Position numbers and translations under genes: made by a program. This document shows positions 20,397-30,242 of a stretch of 32,000 bases of DNA, piece after piece. A model generated the notes under the pieces. It saw only the letters and a list, made by a program, of their open reading frames with translations. It was not told the DNA's origin and searched no databases. Source of the stretch: Desulfobulbus propionicus DSM 2032 (GTDB taxonomy: Bacteria; Desulfobacterota; Desulfobulbia; Desulfobulbales; Desulfobulbaceae). The first letter of the stretch is position 1. Every line of letters begins with the position of its first letter. The stretch lies in assembly GCF_000186885.1 (NCBI RefSeq), contig NC_014972.1, positions 210,001 to 242,000 on the forward strand, read 5' to 3'.

Positions 20397-21155
20397 TTAT
20401 TTCGGGGCGCTGAAGCCGTAGTGCAAAAAGACCTTCAGTCCCTCCGGACCGATGAGGAAGGTGTAGAAGGCCTTGGCCTCGGCCTTCTTGGCACCATCCG
20501 CGGTCAGGGCAATCGGGTAGGTCACCCTTTCATAGAGATCCTGGGGAACCTCGAACAGGATCACCGCCTTTTCGGCCATCAGGGCATCGGTCTTGTAGAC
20601 AAAGGCGCCATCGGTTTCGCCCCGGTCGGCATAGGTCAGCGATTGACGCACGTCCTTGGCCATGACCAGCTTCTGTGCCTCTTCCAGTTGTTTGTAGATG
20701 GCGGCCTTTTCCATGGCCTGAGCCGCATACTCGCCGGCGGGCACGCTTTTCGGGCTGCCGATGGCGATCTGCTTCAAGGTGACGATATCCGCCAACGTGG
20801 TCACGGCTGGATTCTTCATGCCGACAAAGACCAGGGTGTTGGCGGCCAAAATTTTCTCGCTGGCCGGATCGATCTTTTTTTCGTCGCGGAGATAGGTCAT
20901 CCACTTCTGGTTGGCCGAGATGAAGATATCCGCCGGCGCGCCCTCGACGATCTGTTTGGCCAGGGTGCCGGAGGGCCCATAATTAGGCACGATCTGGGCG
21001 TGCTTGCCCGAGGCGCCGAATTGGGCGGCCAGTTCCTTCATGGCGTCGGTCATGGAGGCCGGAACCGAGATGCGGATCTCCTCGGCAGCCTGGAGGAGGG
21101 AGGCGCTCAACAGGCAGGTAAAGATGGTGGCGACGATGGCTTGTAGTGATTTCAT
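20397..21155 (-). CDS. modA: Molybdate-binding periplasmic protein
   Basis: It has a signal peptide and a size and sequence typical of ModA (...ADIFISANQKWM..., ..GSPKSVPAGEYA..). It sits upstream of modBC. Confidence 0.9.
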   Translation of the reverse strand: MKSLQAIVATIFTCLLSASLLQAAEEIRISVPASMTDAMKELAAQFGASGKHAQIVPNYGPSGTLAKQIVEGAPADIFISANQKWMTYLRDEKKIDPASEKILAANTLVFVGMKNPAVTTLADIVTLKQIAIGSPKSVPAGEYAAQAMEKAAIYKQLEEAQKLVMAKDVRQSLTYADRGETDGAFVYKTDALMAEKAVILFEVPQDLYERVTYPIALTADGAKKAEAKAFYTFLIGPEGLKVFLHYGFSAPK

Positions 21156-21229
21156 TGTGTTCTCCTCAGCAAAGGTACAAATGCCCGAACGATCTCGGGT
21201 GGTTTCGTTCTTTTTGCAGCCTCGGTGCG

Positions 21230-22039
21230 TTAGGCAACAGCCAGCAACACATCCGAGGCCTTGATCACCGCCGCGACCGGCATCCCCTCTTTCAGACCCA
21301 AGCGTTTGACGCTCTCCGAGGTCAGGATCGAGGTGACCGTGTTGCCGCCGGCGAGATCGATGATCACCTCGTCGTTGACCACGCCGGGCACGATGCGATT
21401 CACCGTGCCTTCCAGGATATTGCGGGCGGAGATCTTGTTGCGGTCGACCTCCAACGCCAGCATCACAGAGGGTGCCTTGACGATGGCCAGCACTTCGGAA
21501 CCGATTTCGAGTCCCAATCGCTGTACCGAGTTATCCGTAATCACCGAGACAATGGTATCCTGCTCCTTGAGGGCCACGGTGACCACGCTGTTCACTGCCC
21601 CTTTTTCGATCTTGGCGACGTTGCCCAGCCAGACATTGCGGGCACTGATCTTCATTTCTATTCTCCTGAGTGTTTTCAAGGTGTTGAATGCCTCGTCCGG
21701 CGAGAAATAAAAAAAATTAAGAAAGCTGGTGAATTCCCGCTGCAGGGTTCGCGCCCGTTGCAGAAAGGCGTGGCCGGCTTCGGTCAGCACCGTCCCGCCC
21801 CCGCCACTGCCGCCCACCTGGCGCCTGAGCAGTGGTTCCGAGCTGAGGTTGTTGAGATTTTCAATCTTCTCCCAGGCGGCCTTGTAGCTTATACCCACGG
21901 TTTTGGCCGCCTGGTTGATCGAGCCGCAGCGGTCGATTTCCTCCAGCAGGGGCACCGTTGGGTTTTTTTTGTTCGATGAACCGAGGATATGCTGGAGAAA
22001 AAGCGAATCTGATGCCGGTGAAACTGGCTGTGTTGTCAT
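21230..22039 (-). CDS. modE: Molybdenum-dependent transcriptional regulator ModE (HTH plus two TOBE/Mop domains)
   Basis: The N-terminal HTH reads GSINQAAKTVGISYKAAWEKIENLN. Two ISARN...G.V repeats (Mop/TOBE) follow. Confidence 0.85.
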   Translation of the reverse strand: MTTQPVSPASDSLFLQHILGSSNKKNPTVPLLEEIDRCGSINQAAKTVGISYKAAWEKIENLNNLSSEPLLRRQVGGSGGGGTVLTEAGHAFLQRARTLQREFTSFLNFFYFSPDEAFNTLKTLRRIEMKISARNVWLGNVAKIEKGAVNSVVTVALKEQDTIVSVITDNSVQRLGLEIGSEVLAIVKAPSVMLALEVDRNKISARNILEGTVNRIVPGVVNDEVIIDLAGGNTVTSILTSESVKRLGLKEGMPVAAVIKASDVLLAVA

Positions 22040-22051
22040 ACGAGTGCACCT

Positions 22052-22079
22052 TTTTCGTTATTCGATATGGAATAACGAA
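22052..22079. promoter_or_regulatory. 28-bp inverted repeat just upstream of modE, a probable ModE operator
   Basis: TTTCGTTATTC (22052-22062), spacer GATATG, GAATAACGAAA (22069-22079). The 11-bp arms are perfect. An extra half-site AATAACGAAAT lies at 22118-22128. Confidence 0.5.
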
Positions 22080-22311
22080 ATACGCTATTCCACCCTGTTT
22101 GTAAAGTATCGATCATGCAATAACGAAATCTTTGCTCGTGACCGGCGCGATGCAACACCGATTTCTCGGAAAAAAGACGATGCCGATTTTTTCAGATATG
22201 ACCGGTGTGGATGGCGATCACGTGCAAGGATATGCCCGGCCGTCCCGACGCGGCAGGCACCACCTCGGGCTCACCCTGTGTGAGCCGCCCATCGCTGCGC
22301 CGGTCACGGCT

Positions 22312-23358
22312 TCATTGTGCCAGGCGGGAGACAATCAGCAGGCGTAGATCCTCGGTCGGGGTGAAGTTGGTCTTTTCCACCACAAAGGTGGTCGGACCGG
22401 TTTTGCGGATGCCGTCCATGCACAGGGACAGGATGTTGTCCGGTGACCCTTTGTCGATGGTCAGGCGAAAGGTGCCGATGGGTCCATGCCAGGTATTGGC
22501 CGTGGTCAGCACATAGTCCAGGAAGAGGGCCGTGCCGGTGCCGGCCAGCTCGCCGGCCGAGGCATGGTGCAGCCGCTTGACCAGGCCTTTGCGGGTGGTG
22601 TCGTCGATGCAGTAGGTCTGGATCAGTTCCCGTTGGTAGGGGTCGAGATCCCGTTCCTGCTTGGGCCAGCTAAAAATGCCCCCCGGCGGGGCGGGCGCGT
22701 AGCGATGGTCAATGGTTATCTCCCGGCCGGCGGGAAAGACCTGAGGCCAGTGATAGCGAACGATGATGGACCAGGCGGGGCGGGGCGGCTCACCGTCAAA
22801 AAAATCGGCCAACTTCCCGGCGCGCAACCGATCCTTGGACGGCTGCGGCAGACGTGCGATCATGGCCGCCACCTCGGTGACATTGAGCGACAGCGGTATG
22901 CCCAGTTCCTTGAGCACGGCGGTGACATCCTCGCCGGGCGTATCGTAGCCGGCCGAAAGCGGGCGCTGTGCCTCGAAATGCGGTTCCCGGACAGCGATGC
23001 GGTCGCTTTGGACAGGGATTCGTTGTCCGTTGACCGAGGCAATGAAATCGACCACATTCTCCCGGGCCAGCTGCTGCTCGGAGAGGGCGAAGCCGGAGTC
23101 GGTCAGGGCGGCCAAGGAGATCGGCGGCAGGGGGAAAATAACCTCCCCCTGAACGTCCATGGCCCCCTCGTTGCGGAACACGGATCGCACGCGCACCTGG
23201 CCGGGGCTAAGAAAGAGATCCTCGGCAAGCATGCGGACGCTCGCGTTCTTGTGGAAATGCAGGCCAGTGGCGCTCAAGCCACCGAAGCCGTCGTTGGCGC
23301 GGCAGATGGCTGGTGCGAGCAGCAGGCAGCAGAGCAGGAGTCGGATCAGGTGTTTCAT
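22312..23358 (-). CDS. Secreted hypothetical protein (DUF4424-like)
   Basis: It has a signal peptide (MKHLIRLLLCCLLLAPAICRA). The N-terminal pattern NDGFGGLSATGLHF.KN..V.M..EDL.LS...V.V...F.N......EVIFPLP recalls DUF4424, from memory only. Confidence 0.65.
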   Translation of the reverse strand: MKHLIRLLLCCLLLAPAICRANDGFGGLSATGLHFHKNASVRMLAEDLFLSPGQVRVRSVFRNEGAMDVQGEVIFPLPPISLAALTDSGFALSEQQLARENVVDFIASVNGQRIPVQSDRIAVREPHFEAQRPLSAGYDTPGEDVTAVLKELGIPLSLNVTEVAAMIARLPQPSKDRLRAGKLADFFDGEPPRPAWSIIVRYHWPQVFPAGREITIDHRYAPAPPGGIFSWPKQERDLDPYQRELIQTYCIDDTTRKGLVKRLHHASAGELAGTGTALFLDYVLTTANTWHGPIGTFRLTIDKGSPDNILSLCMDGIRKTGPTTFVVEKTNFTPTEDLRLLIVSRLAQ

Positions 23359-23369
23359 GAGCGACCTCG

Positions 23370-25487
23370 TCAGGGGGAAGGGGGGGGCAGGACCCGCATC
23401 CGCGCGTCCAAGGCAAGGAGGGCGCCGGTGGGGAGAATGCGGACCGGGTTGACATCCAGTTCAGCGATCCGCGGGCAATCAACGAGCAAGCGGGCGACAT
23501 TGCCGACCGCCTGGATGAACGGCTCGGGATCGATGGGTGGTTGCCCGCGCATCCCGGCCAGAATCCGTCCGGCCTTGAGCCGTTCCAGCTTGGCCCGGAT
23601 TTCCGCCGTCGAGGTGGGGCACAAGACCCGCTCCACATCCTGGAAAAGCTCGACGAGAATGCCGCCGGACCCGAACAGGACCACGGGACCAAAGGAAGGA
23701 TCGCGCAGGCCGCCGATAAAAAAATCAAGCCCCGCCGGAGCCATGGCCATGACCCGCACCCCCGCGAGTTCCGCCCCGGGGCAATGGCGGGCCAGATTGT
23801 CCTTGATGCGTGTGAATCCCCGCCGCGCCTCCTCGGGGGAACCGATCCCGACCAGGACGCCGCCGACCTCGGTTTTGTGGATCGCGGCCGGGGACACCAC
23901 CTTGAGCACCACCGGACAGCCGATCCGCTCCGCCAAGGCCTCCGCCTCCTCGGCGGTCCGGGCGACCAACGCGGGCGGACTGGGCACGTCGTACAGGCCA
24001 AGCAGCTCCAGTCCCTCCTCGCCGACAAGACCGGCCCGTGCATTCAGCCACACACGGGCTTCCTCGGCGCGAGGCCAGGGGGGCGGGGTGTCGCTCTGCA
24101 AGGGCCCCGCCGCCTTGTGGACATGAAAATCCATCTGGCGGCGCAGGGCGCGAATGGCCTCCTCCGGGCCGTCGAACACCGGCAACGGCGCCCGAGCCTT
24201 GAGCGCGGCGATGACCGGTGCGTCGCCGTAGAGCACCAGGGCCAAGGGCTTGTCGGCAGAGCGCATGGCGCCGGCCAGTTCCAGGCTGATGTCGGTGGTG
24301 AACATGGCGGTGAACACATCGCTGCCGCCGGCAGGCATCCGTGGCCACTGACTGGCATAGATCGCCCCATCCACCTCGGAGCTGGCGAGCACATGGCTGA
24401 ACATCATGGGGTACTTGTCGATTTGGTAAAGGTCGCCCATGTCCAGCGGATTGCCGAGGCGGATGATGCCGGCGTTGGCGATCCCGGCCAGCTCGGTGTA
24501 AAAGGCCTGTCCCGGATCGGCAAAGGCAAAGCCCGCCTGCTCGCAGTCATCGGCCATGGCCACGCCCAGACCGCCGGCCGGGCTCATGACCATGATCCGC
24601 TTGCCGCGCATCGGCGGCAGATCAAAGGCCTTGGCCGTGGTGATGAAGTCGTGCAGGTGATGGATGCGGATGATCCCCGCCCGGGCGCAGGCGGTGTCGA
24701 TGATCGCCTCGTCGTGGGCAAGCGAGGCGGTGTGGCTCATGGCCGCCCGGCTGCCGGCCTCGGTCGTGTTGGCCTTGTAGAGGATCACCGGTTTGTCGAT
24801 CCGTGCGGCCAGCTCCACCAGGCGGCAGCCGTTGCCGATCTGCTCCAGGTAAAGACCGATGACCCGGGTGGACGGGTCTGTGGCGAGGTATTCGAGCACA
24901 TCACATTCATCGAGGTCGAGCTTGTTGCCGATGCTGGCGAACTTGGCCAAGCCCACTTGCTCGCTTTCCAGGAGATTCCAGAGGAACAGCCCCAGGCCGC
25001 CGCTTTGGGTGATGAGCGAGAAAGTGCCGTGTCTGACCGGGAAGGAGGGCACAAAGGGGAGACAGAGACCACTTGCGGTATCGGCCAGGGTCAGGCCATT
25101 GGGACCGACAAAGCGGATGCCGTGACGGCGGGCGGCGTCCCGCAGTTGGGCAGCCAGGGCCATGCCGCCTTCGCTTGATTCGTTGAAACCGCCGGACTGT
25201 ACCGCCAGCCGCGTGATTCCGGCCCGCCCGCAGTCCTCGACCGCGGCCGGCACATAGCGGGCCGGGATGAGCACGACCGCCAGTTCGGGCGCCACCGGCA
25301 GCTCAGCGGCGCTGCGGACAACGCGGATGCCGCCGACATCGGTCTCGTCGGTGGCTGGATTGACGCCGAAGATGCGGCCGCGATACCCCCAGCGGAGACA
25401 GTTGTCGACAATGATGCGCGGGGTGTTGCCGGGCTTGGAGGAGAGTCCGTAGACCGCAAGGGAGGCGGGGGCAAAAAAGTGATCCAT
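23370..25487 (-). CDS. ADP-forming acetyl/acyl-CoA synthetase (CoA-binding, CoA-ligase and ATP-grasp domains)
   Basis: The 705-aa protein has an N-terminal PASLAVYGLS..PGN (CoA-binding) segment. The central succinyl-CoA-ligase-like region and the C-terminal ATP-grasp region (...GCPVVLKVVSPAAIHKTEVGGV...) match that family's architecture. Confidence 0.8.
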   Translation of the reverse strand: MDHFFAPASLAVYGLSSKPGNTPRIIVDNCLRWGYRGRIFGVNPATDETDVGGIRVVRSAAELPVAPELAVVLIPARYVPAAVEDCGRAGITRLAVQSGGFNESSEGGMALAAQLRDAARRHGIRFVGPNGLTLADTASGLCLPFVPSFPVRHGTFSLITQSGGLGLFLWNLLESEQVGLAKFASIGNKLDLDECDVLEYLATDPSTRVIGLYLEQIGNGCRLVELAARIDKPVILYKANTTEAGSRAAMSHTASLAHDEAIIDTACARAGIIRIHHLHDFITTAKAFDLPPMRGKRIMVMSPAGGLGVAMADDCEQAGFAFADPGQAFYTELAGIANAGIIRLGNPLDMGDLYQIDKYPMMFSHVLASSEVDGAIYASQWPRMPAGGSDVFTAMFTTDISLELAGAMRSADKPLALVLYGDAPVIAALKARAPLPVFDGPEEAIRALRRQMDFHVHKAAGPLQSDTPPPWPRAEEARVWLNARAGLVGEEGLELLGLYDVPSPPALVARTAEEAEALAERIGCPVVLKVVSPAAIHKTEVGGVLVGIGSPEEARRGFTRIKDNLARHCPGAELAGVRVMAMAPAGLDFFIGGLRDPSFGPVVLFGSGGILVELFQDVERVLCPTSTAEIRAKLERLKAGRILAGMRGQPPIDPEPFIQAVGNVARLLVDCPRIAELDVNPVRILPTGALLALDARMRVLPPPSP

Positions 25488-25605
25488 GGGCGGTTACCTG
25501 GCGGGATGCAGGAAAAGGCCTGCTGGGTTAACGGTTCGGTCTGTCGAGCGGGATTCTCTTCACGTACGTTTTTCTTTTCCTTGTGGCGCGGCAGGACGGC
25601 ACTTT

Positions 25606-26464
25606 TCAGGCTGACTGTTCCCGGCGCCGGCTGGCCAGCAGCAGGCTGAGCATGAACCAGCCGCAGGCGATGAGGATGATGGTGGCGCCGGTGGCGGTGC
25701 GCGCCCAATCCTGGGCGGAGATGAGCAGGCCGCTGACCGCCGAGGTGAGGCTGATCAGCAGGGCCCACCAGAACATCGCGCCGGCCGAGCGGGCCACATT
25801 GCGCGCCGCGGCCGCCGGGACAATCAGCAGGGCGGTGACCAGCAGGACGCCGACCGCCTGCACCGAAAACATGACCACCAGGGCGAGCAGCCCGGCGAAG
25901 CAGTATTGGTGGATAGCCACCCGGATGCGGTGCGCCTGGGCCAGGGTCGGGTTGAGGCCGATATAGAGCAGATGGTTGTAGCTGAGGGCGAGAAAGAGCA
26001 TCAGCACCACGAACAGGAGGACCAGCCAGAGGATCTGGGCGTCGCTGATGGTGAGGATGTCGCCGTAAAGGAAACGTTGCAGGTCGCGGGCGAGGGAACG
26101 GTCGCGGCTGACAATGGCCAGACCGAAGGCCACCATGGCCGAAAAGAAGACCCCGATCACCGTGTCGCTCGACAGGCTGGAGTGGCGCTGGAGGATCATG
26201 ATGCCCAAGCCGACCAGCAGGCCGAAGGCGGGCATGGTCCAGCCGGGGTCGGCCGAGAACAGCAGGCCCAGGGCCACGCCGGCAAAGGCGGAATGGCTGA
26301 TGGCGTCGGAAAAAAAGGCCATGCGGAAGTTGACCACCAGGATGCCCATGACCGCAGCCATGGGGGCGAGCAGCAGCAGTCCGAGCAGGGCCTGTTGCAT
26401 GAACCGGGCGTGGAGACAGTCAAAGGGCAGCAGCTGCGGCAACAGCGCGTACAACGGCGACAAA

Positions 26465-26472
<8 letters not shown>
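25606..26472 (-). CDS. znuB: Metal (zinc) ABC transporter permease, ABC-3 family
   Basis: The 288-aa polytopic protein has FFSDAISHSAFAGVALG, typical of ZnuB/MntB-type permeases. It overlaps the upstream ATPase gene by 8 nt. Confidence 0.85.
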
Positions 26473-27271
<799 letters not shown>

Positions 27272-27272
27272 G

Positions 27273-28256
27273 CTAGTGGCTGCCAAGGGTTTGTTCCAGG
27301 GTGTTGAGGTTGGCGCGCATGACCTGTTCGTAGTAGTCCAGCGGGGCCTGTTCGGGTCCGGTGGCCGCCGGATCGAGGCGGGCGGTGGCAATAGCCGCCT
27401 CCTTGGCGATGGTTCTGCCGACAGCTTCTGGATACTGTGGTTCGGTGAAAATCGCACCTGCTTTTTTCGCCTTGATCGTCTGCACGAGACGAAGGATCTC
27501 CGAGGCGGACGGATCCTGACCAGCATGGGCCTGGACCACCGCCACCACTTCCAGCCCCATGTCGCGGGCCAGGTAGTCGAAGACCCCGTGCTGGGTGACG
27601 ATGCGGTTGGTGTGCAACCGCTTGCCCAGCTCGGCCAGTTCGTCGGCCAGCCGGGTCAGCCGTTGGCCGTAGGTCTGGGCGTTGGCGGTATAGGCCGCGG
27701 CACCGGCGGGATGGACCTGGGCCAAGGCATTGGCGATGTTGGCGGTCAGCAGGGCGGCCATGCGCGGGCTGGCAAAAAGGTGGGGATTGGCATCGTGATG
27801 ACCGTCATGCCCGTCGTTGTGGACTCCATGAGGCTGCCCATGGGTTTTGCTGGCGTGCCCGTGGCCCTCTTTTTCCTCGGTGTAGGGGAGAATCTGGGCA
27901 ATCCCGCGCGAGCTGTCGATCAGGGTGAGATGGGGATTGGCCTTGCGCACCGGCGCACCGAGAAATTCCTCCAGGCCCAGCCCGTTGATGACGAGCACCT
28001 CGGCCCTGGCCAGTTTGGTCATGTCCTGGGGCGTGAGGGCGTAGTCGTGGGGACAGCCCATCTGGGCGGGGATCATCAGCTCGACCTCGACTCCGTCAAT
28101 CCCTTGGGTGATGTTGCGGACGATCTGGTACATGGGAAAGGTGCTGGCGAGGATGCGCGGCGGCCTGTCGGCGGCATGGGCCTTCGATTGGGATAGGCAC
28201 AGGGCGGCAGGGCAGACGAACAGCAGGAGCAACAGGCGCAGGGTGGCGGTGAGCAT
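27273..28256 (-). CDS. znuA: Periplasmic zinc-binding protein with a His-rich loop
   Basis: It has a signal peptide and a ZnuA/TroA-type fold pattern. The His-rich insert EGHGHASKTHGQPHGVHNDGHDGHHDANPH is typical of ZnuA. Confidence 0.85.
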   Translation of the reverse strand: MLTATLRLLLLLFVCPAALCLSQSKAHAADRPPRILASTFPMYQIVRNITQGIDGVEVELMIPAQMGCPHDYALTPQDMTKLARAEVLVINGLGLEEFLGAPVRKANPHLTLIDSSRGIAQILPYTEEKEGHGHASKTHGQPHGVHNDGHDGHHDANPHLFASPRMAALLTANIANALAQVHPAGAAAYTANAQTYGQRLTRLADELAELGKRLHTNRIVTQHGVFDYLARDMGLEVVAVVQAHAGQDPSASEILRLVQTIKAKKAGAIFTEPQYPEAVGRTIAKEAAIATARLDPAATGPEQAPLDYYEQVMRANLNTLEQTLGSH

Positions 28257-28287
28257 GGATTTATCCTCCTGAAGACGAGCGGGGAGT

Positions 28288-28309
28288 TAATGCAAATTGA
28301 TTTGCATTA
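28288..28309. promoter_or_regulatory. Zur/Fur-type operator palindrome in the znuA-zur divergent region
   Basis: TAATGCAAAT-TG-ATTTGCATTA, with perfect 10-bp arms. Confidence 0.6.
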
Positions 28310-28340
28310 TACAGAGGGGTGGCGGACCGTCAACCGATAA

Positions 28341-28356
28341 TGCAAAATCTTTTGCA
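28341..28356. promoter_or_regulatory. Second related palindrome (TGCAAAA-TC-TTTTGCA)
   Basis: It shares the ATGCAAA/TTTGCA arms with the box at 28288-28309. It lies upstream of the preferred zur start. Confidence 0.45.
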
Positions 28357-28399
28357 ACAACGACGGGCCGCGTCTATAGTGGGAGCAGGAGTGACGAGC

Positions 28400-28780
28400 A
28401 TGCAGCGAAAGACCACACAGCGAACAGCCATCGAGCAGGTTTTCCTGAGCGAGGACCGCCCTCTGGGGATCGACGAAATCCTCCGTCTCGGCCGCGCCCG
28501 GGTGGAATCGCTCAACCAGGCCACGGTCTATCGCAACCTCAAACTGCTGCTCGACCGGGGCTGGCTGACCCAGATCAACCATCCGGCCATGGGCACGCTC
28601 TATGAACGCAGCGGCAAGGCCCATCATCATCATTTTCACTGCCACGGCTGCAACCGGGTCTTCGAGCTGCCCGGCTGCACCCTCAACCAGCAGCTGGCCG
28701 CGCCCGAGGGCTTCGTGGTCGAGGATCACGAGGTCTTTCTGTTCGGCATCTGTCCCTCCTGCGCCGCCGAGGCCCAATAA
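28400..28780 (+). CDS. zur: Fur-family zinc uptake regulator
   Basis: [11 protein letters not shown]...[16 protein letters not shown] (winged helix), [16 protein letters not shown] and CPSC metal sites are present. It is divergent from znuACB. The start is moved to the ATG at 28400, which follows GGGAGCAGGAG. A GTG at 28391 and the track start at 28319 are alternatives. Confidence 0.85.
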   Translation: MQRKTTQRTAIEQVFLSEDRPLGIDEILRLGRARVESLNQATVYRNLKLLLDRGWLTQINHPAMGTLYERSGKAHHHHFHCHGCNRVFELPGCTLNQQLAAPEGFVVEDHEVFLFGICPSCAAEAQ

Positions 28781-28911
28781 CCGGCTCCGGCCGTTTGTCC
28801 CCGCCGTGCGGGCTGTGCACCGCGCGGCCGCGGTTTTCCTTGTTGTTCCTTCCCATCGTGCGCATAGTGTCGGCAGAAATGTTTCGCGGTCTTGCCGAAT
28901 GAGGAAAGAAT

Positions 28912-29562
28912 ATGGAGTGGATGCGTGGTGTTCTTGTGGTGATGGTGTTGACGGCTTGCGGGGCCGGAAACGCCTGGGCGGAACGGGTGATCCTGTTCCT
29001 TGGCGATTCGCTGACCGCTGGTCTCGGGGTGGAGGCGGAGCAGGCCTATCCCCGGCTGCTCGGCGAGATGCTGGCCAGGGACGGCATCTCGGACGTGCGC
29101 ATCGTCAACGGCGGGATCAGCGGATCCACCTCGGCCGGCGCCCTGGCGCGGCTGCGCTGGTACCAGCAGATCACCCCTTCGATCCTCTTCCTCGCCCTGG
29201 GGGCCAATGACGGCTTGCGCGGCCTGACCATGGAGGAGATGGCGCGCAACCTGAACGCGGTGATCGAGGCCGCCAAGGCGCGGGGAATGCGCGTCATCCT
29301 CGCCGGCATGGAGCTGCCGCCCAATTACGGCCAGGAATACACCGCCGCCTTTCGCCACGTGTACCACGACTTGGCCGCCCGGCATGGCCTGCCCCTGATC
29401 CCTTTTCTCCTGGAGGGGGTCGGCGGGGTTCCGGCCCTCAACCAGGCCGACGGCATTCATCCCAACGCCGAAGGGCATCAGCGGATCGCCCGCCATGTCT
29501 ACCCCACGCTCAAGGCCTGCGTGAAAACGGCAGGGGAACGCCCCGAGGCGGGCAAACCATGA
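28912..29562 (+). CDS. tesA: SGNH/GDSL hydrolase, TesA-like arylesterase / acyl-CoA thioesterase I
   Basis: It has a signal peptide, ILFLGDSLTAGLG (block I), LGANDGLRG, and DGIHPNAEGH (catalytic D..H). It is syntenic with the ybbA/ybbP-like ABC genes. Confidence 0.85.
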   Translation: MEWMRGVLVVMVLTACGAGNAWAERVILFLGDSLTAGLGVEAEQAYPRLLGEMLARDGISDVRIVNGGISGSTSAGALARLRWYQQITPSILFLALGANDGLRGLTMEEMARNLNAVIEAAKARGMRVILAGMELPPNYGQEYTAAFRHVYHDLAARHGLPLIPFLLEGVGGVPALNQADGIHPNAEGHQRIARHVYPTLKACVKTAGERPEAGKP

Positions 29563-30242
29563 CCGCGCCGGGCAACGGGCCGCTGATCATTGCCAGCGGC
29601 CTGGAGAAAACCTATCCCTTGCCCGAGTCGGGCCGGTTGTGCGTGCTCGACGGAGCCGGTTTCACCCTCCAGGGCGGAACGACCCTGGCGGTCACCGGCC
29701 AGTCGGGCAGCGGCAAATCGACCCTGATCGCGCTCCTGGCCGGACTGGATCGCCCCGATCACGGACAGATCACCATCAACGGCACCGAGTTGACCGGCTT
29801 GGACGAGGCCGGGCTGACCCGCTTCCGCGCCGCCCATATCGGCATTGTCTTTCAGCAGTTCCACTTGTTGCCCCATTTGACCGCCGAGGAAAATGTCCGC
29901 CTGCCGCTGGAACTGCTGCACCGGCCCTGCGAGGCGGAGGCGATCGACGCCCTGCTCGAACGGGTCGGGCTGGCGGCGCGGCGCGGCCATCTGCCGTCGC
30001 AGCTCAGCGGCGGCGAATGCCAGCGGGTGGCCATTGCCCGGGCCCTGGCGGTCAAGCCGCTGCTGCTCCTGGCCGATGAGCCCACCGGCAATCTCGACGT
30101 GGCCACCGGCCGCGAGGTGAGCGATCTCCTGTTTCACCTGGTGGAGCAGGAACGGATGACCATGGTGGTGGTCACCCACAATCAGGAACTGGCCGACCGC
30201 TGCCATCGCCGGCTGCGGCTGACCGAGGGAGTCCTGCGATGA
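29559..30242 (+). CDS. ABC transporter ATP-binding protein (YbbA/LolD-like)
   Basis: [25 protein letters not shown] and [12 protein letters not shown] are present. There is an ATGA overlap with the tesA-like gene. Confidence 0.9.
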   Translation: MTAPGNGPLIIASGLEKTYPLPESGRLCVLDGAGFTLQGGTTLAVTGQSGSGKSTLIALLAGLDRPDHGQITINGTELTGLDEAGLTRFRAAHIGIVFQQFHLLPHLTAEENVRLPLELLHRPCEAEAIDALLERVGLAARRGHLPSQLSGGECQRVAIARALAVKPLLLLADEPTGNLDVATGREVSDLLFHLVEQERMTMVVVTHNQELADRCHRRLRLTEGVLR

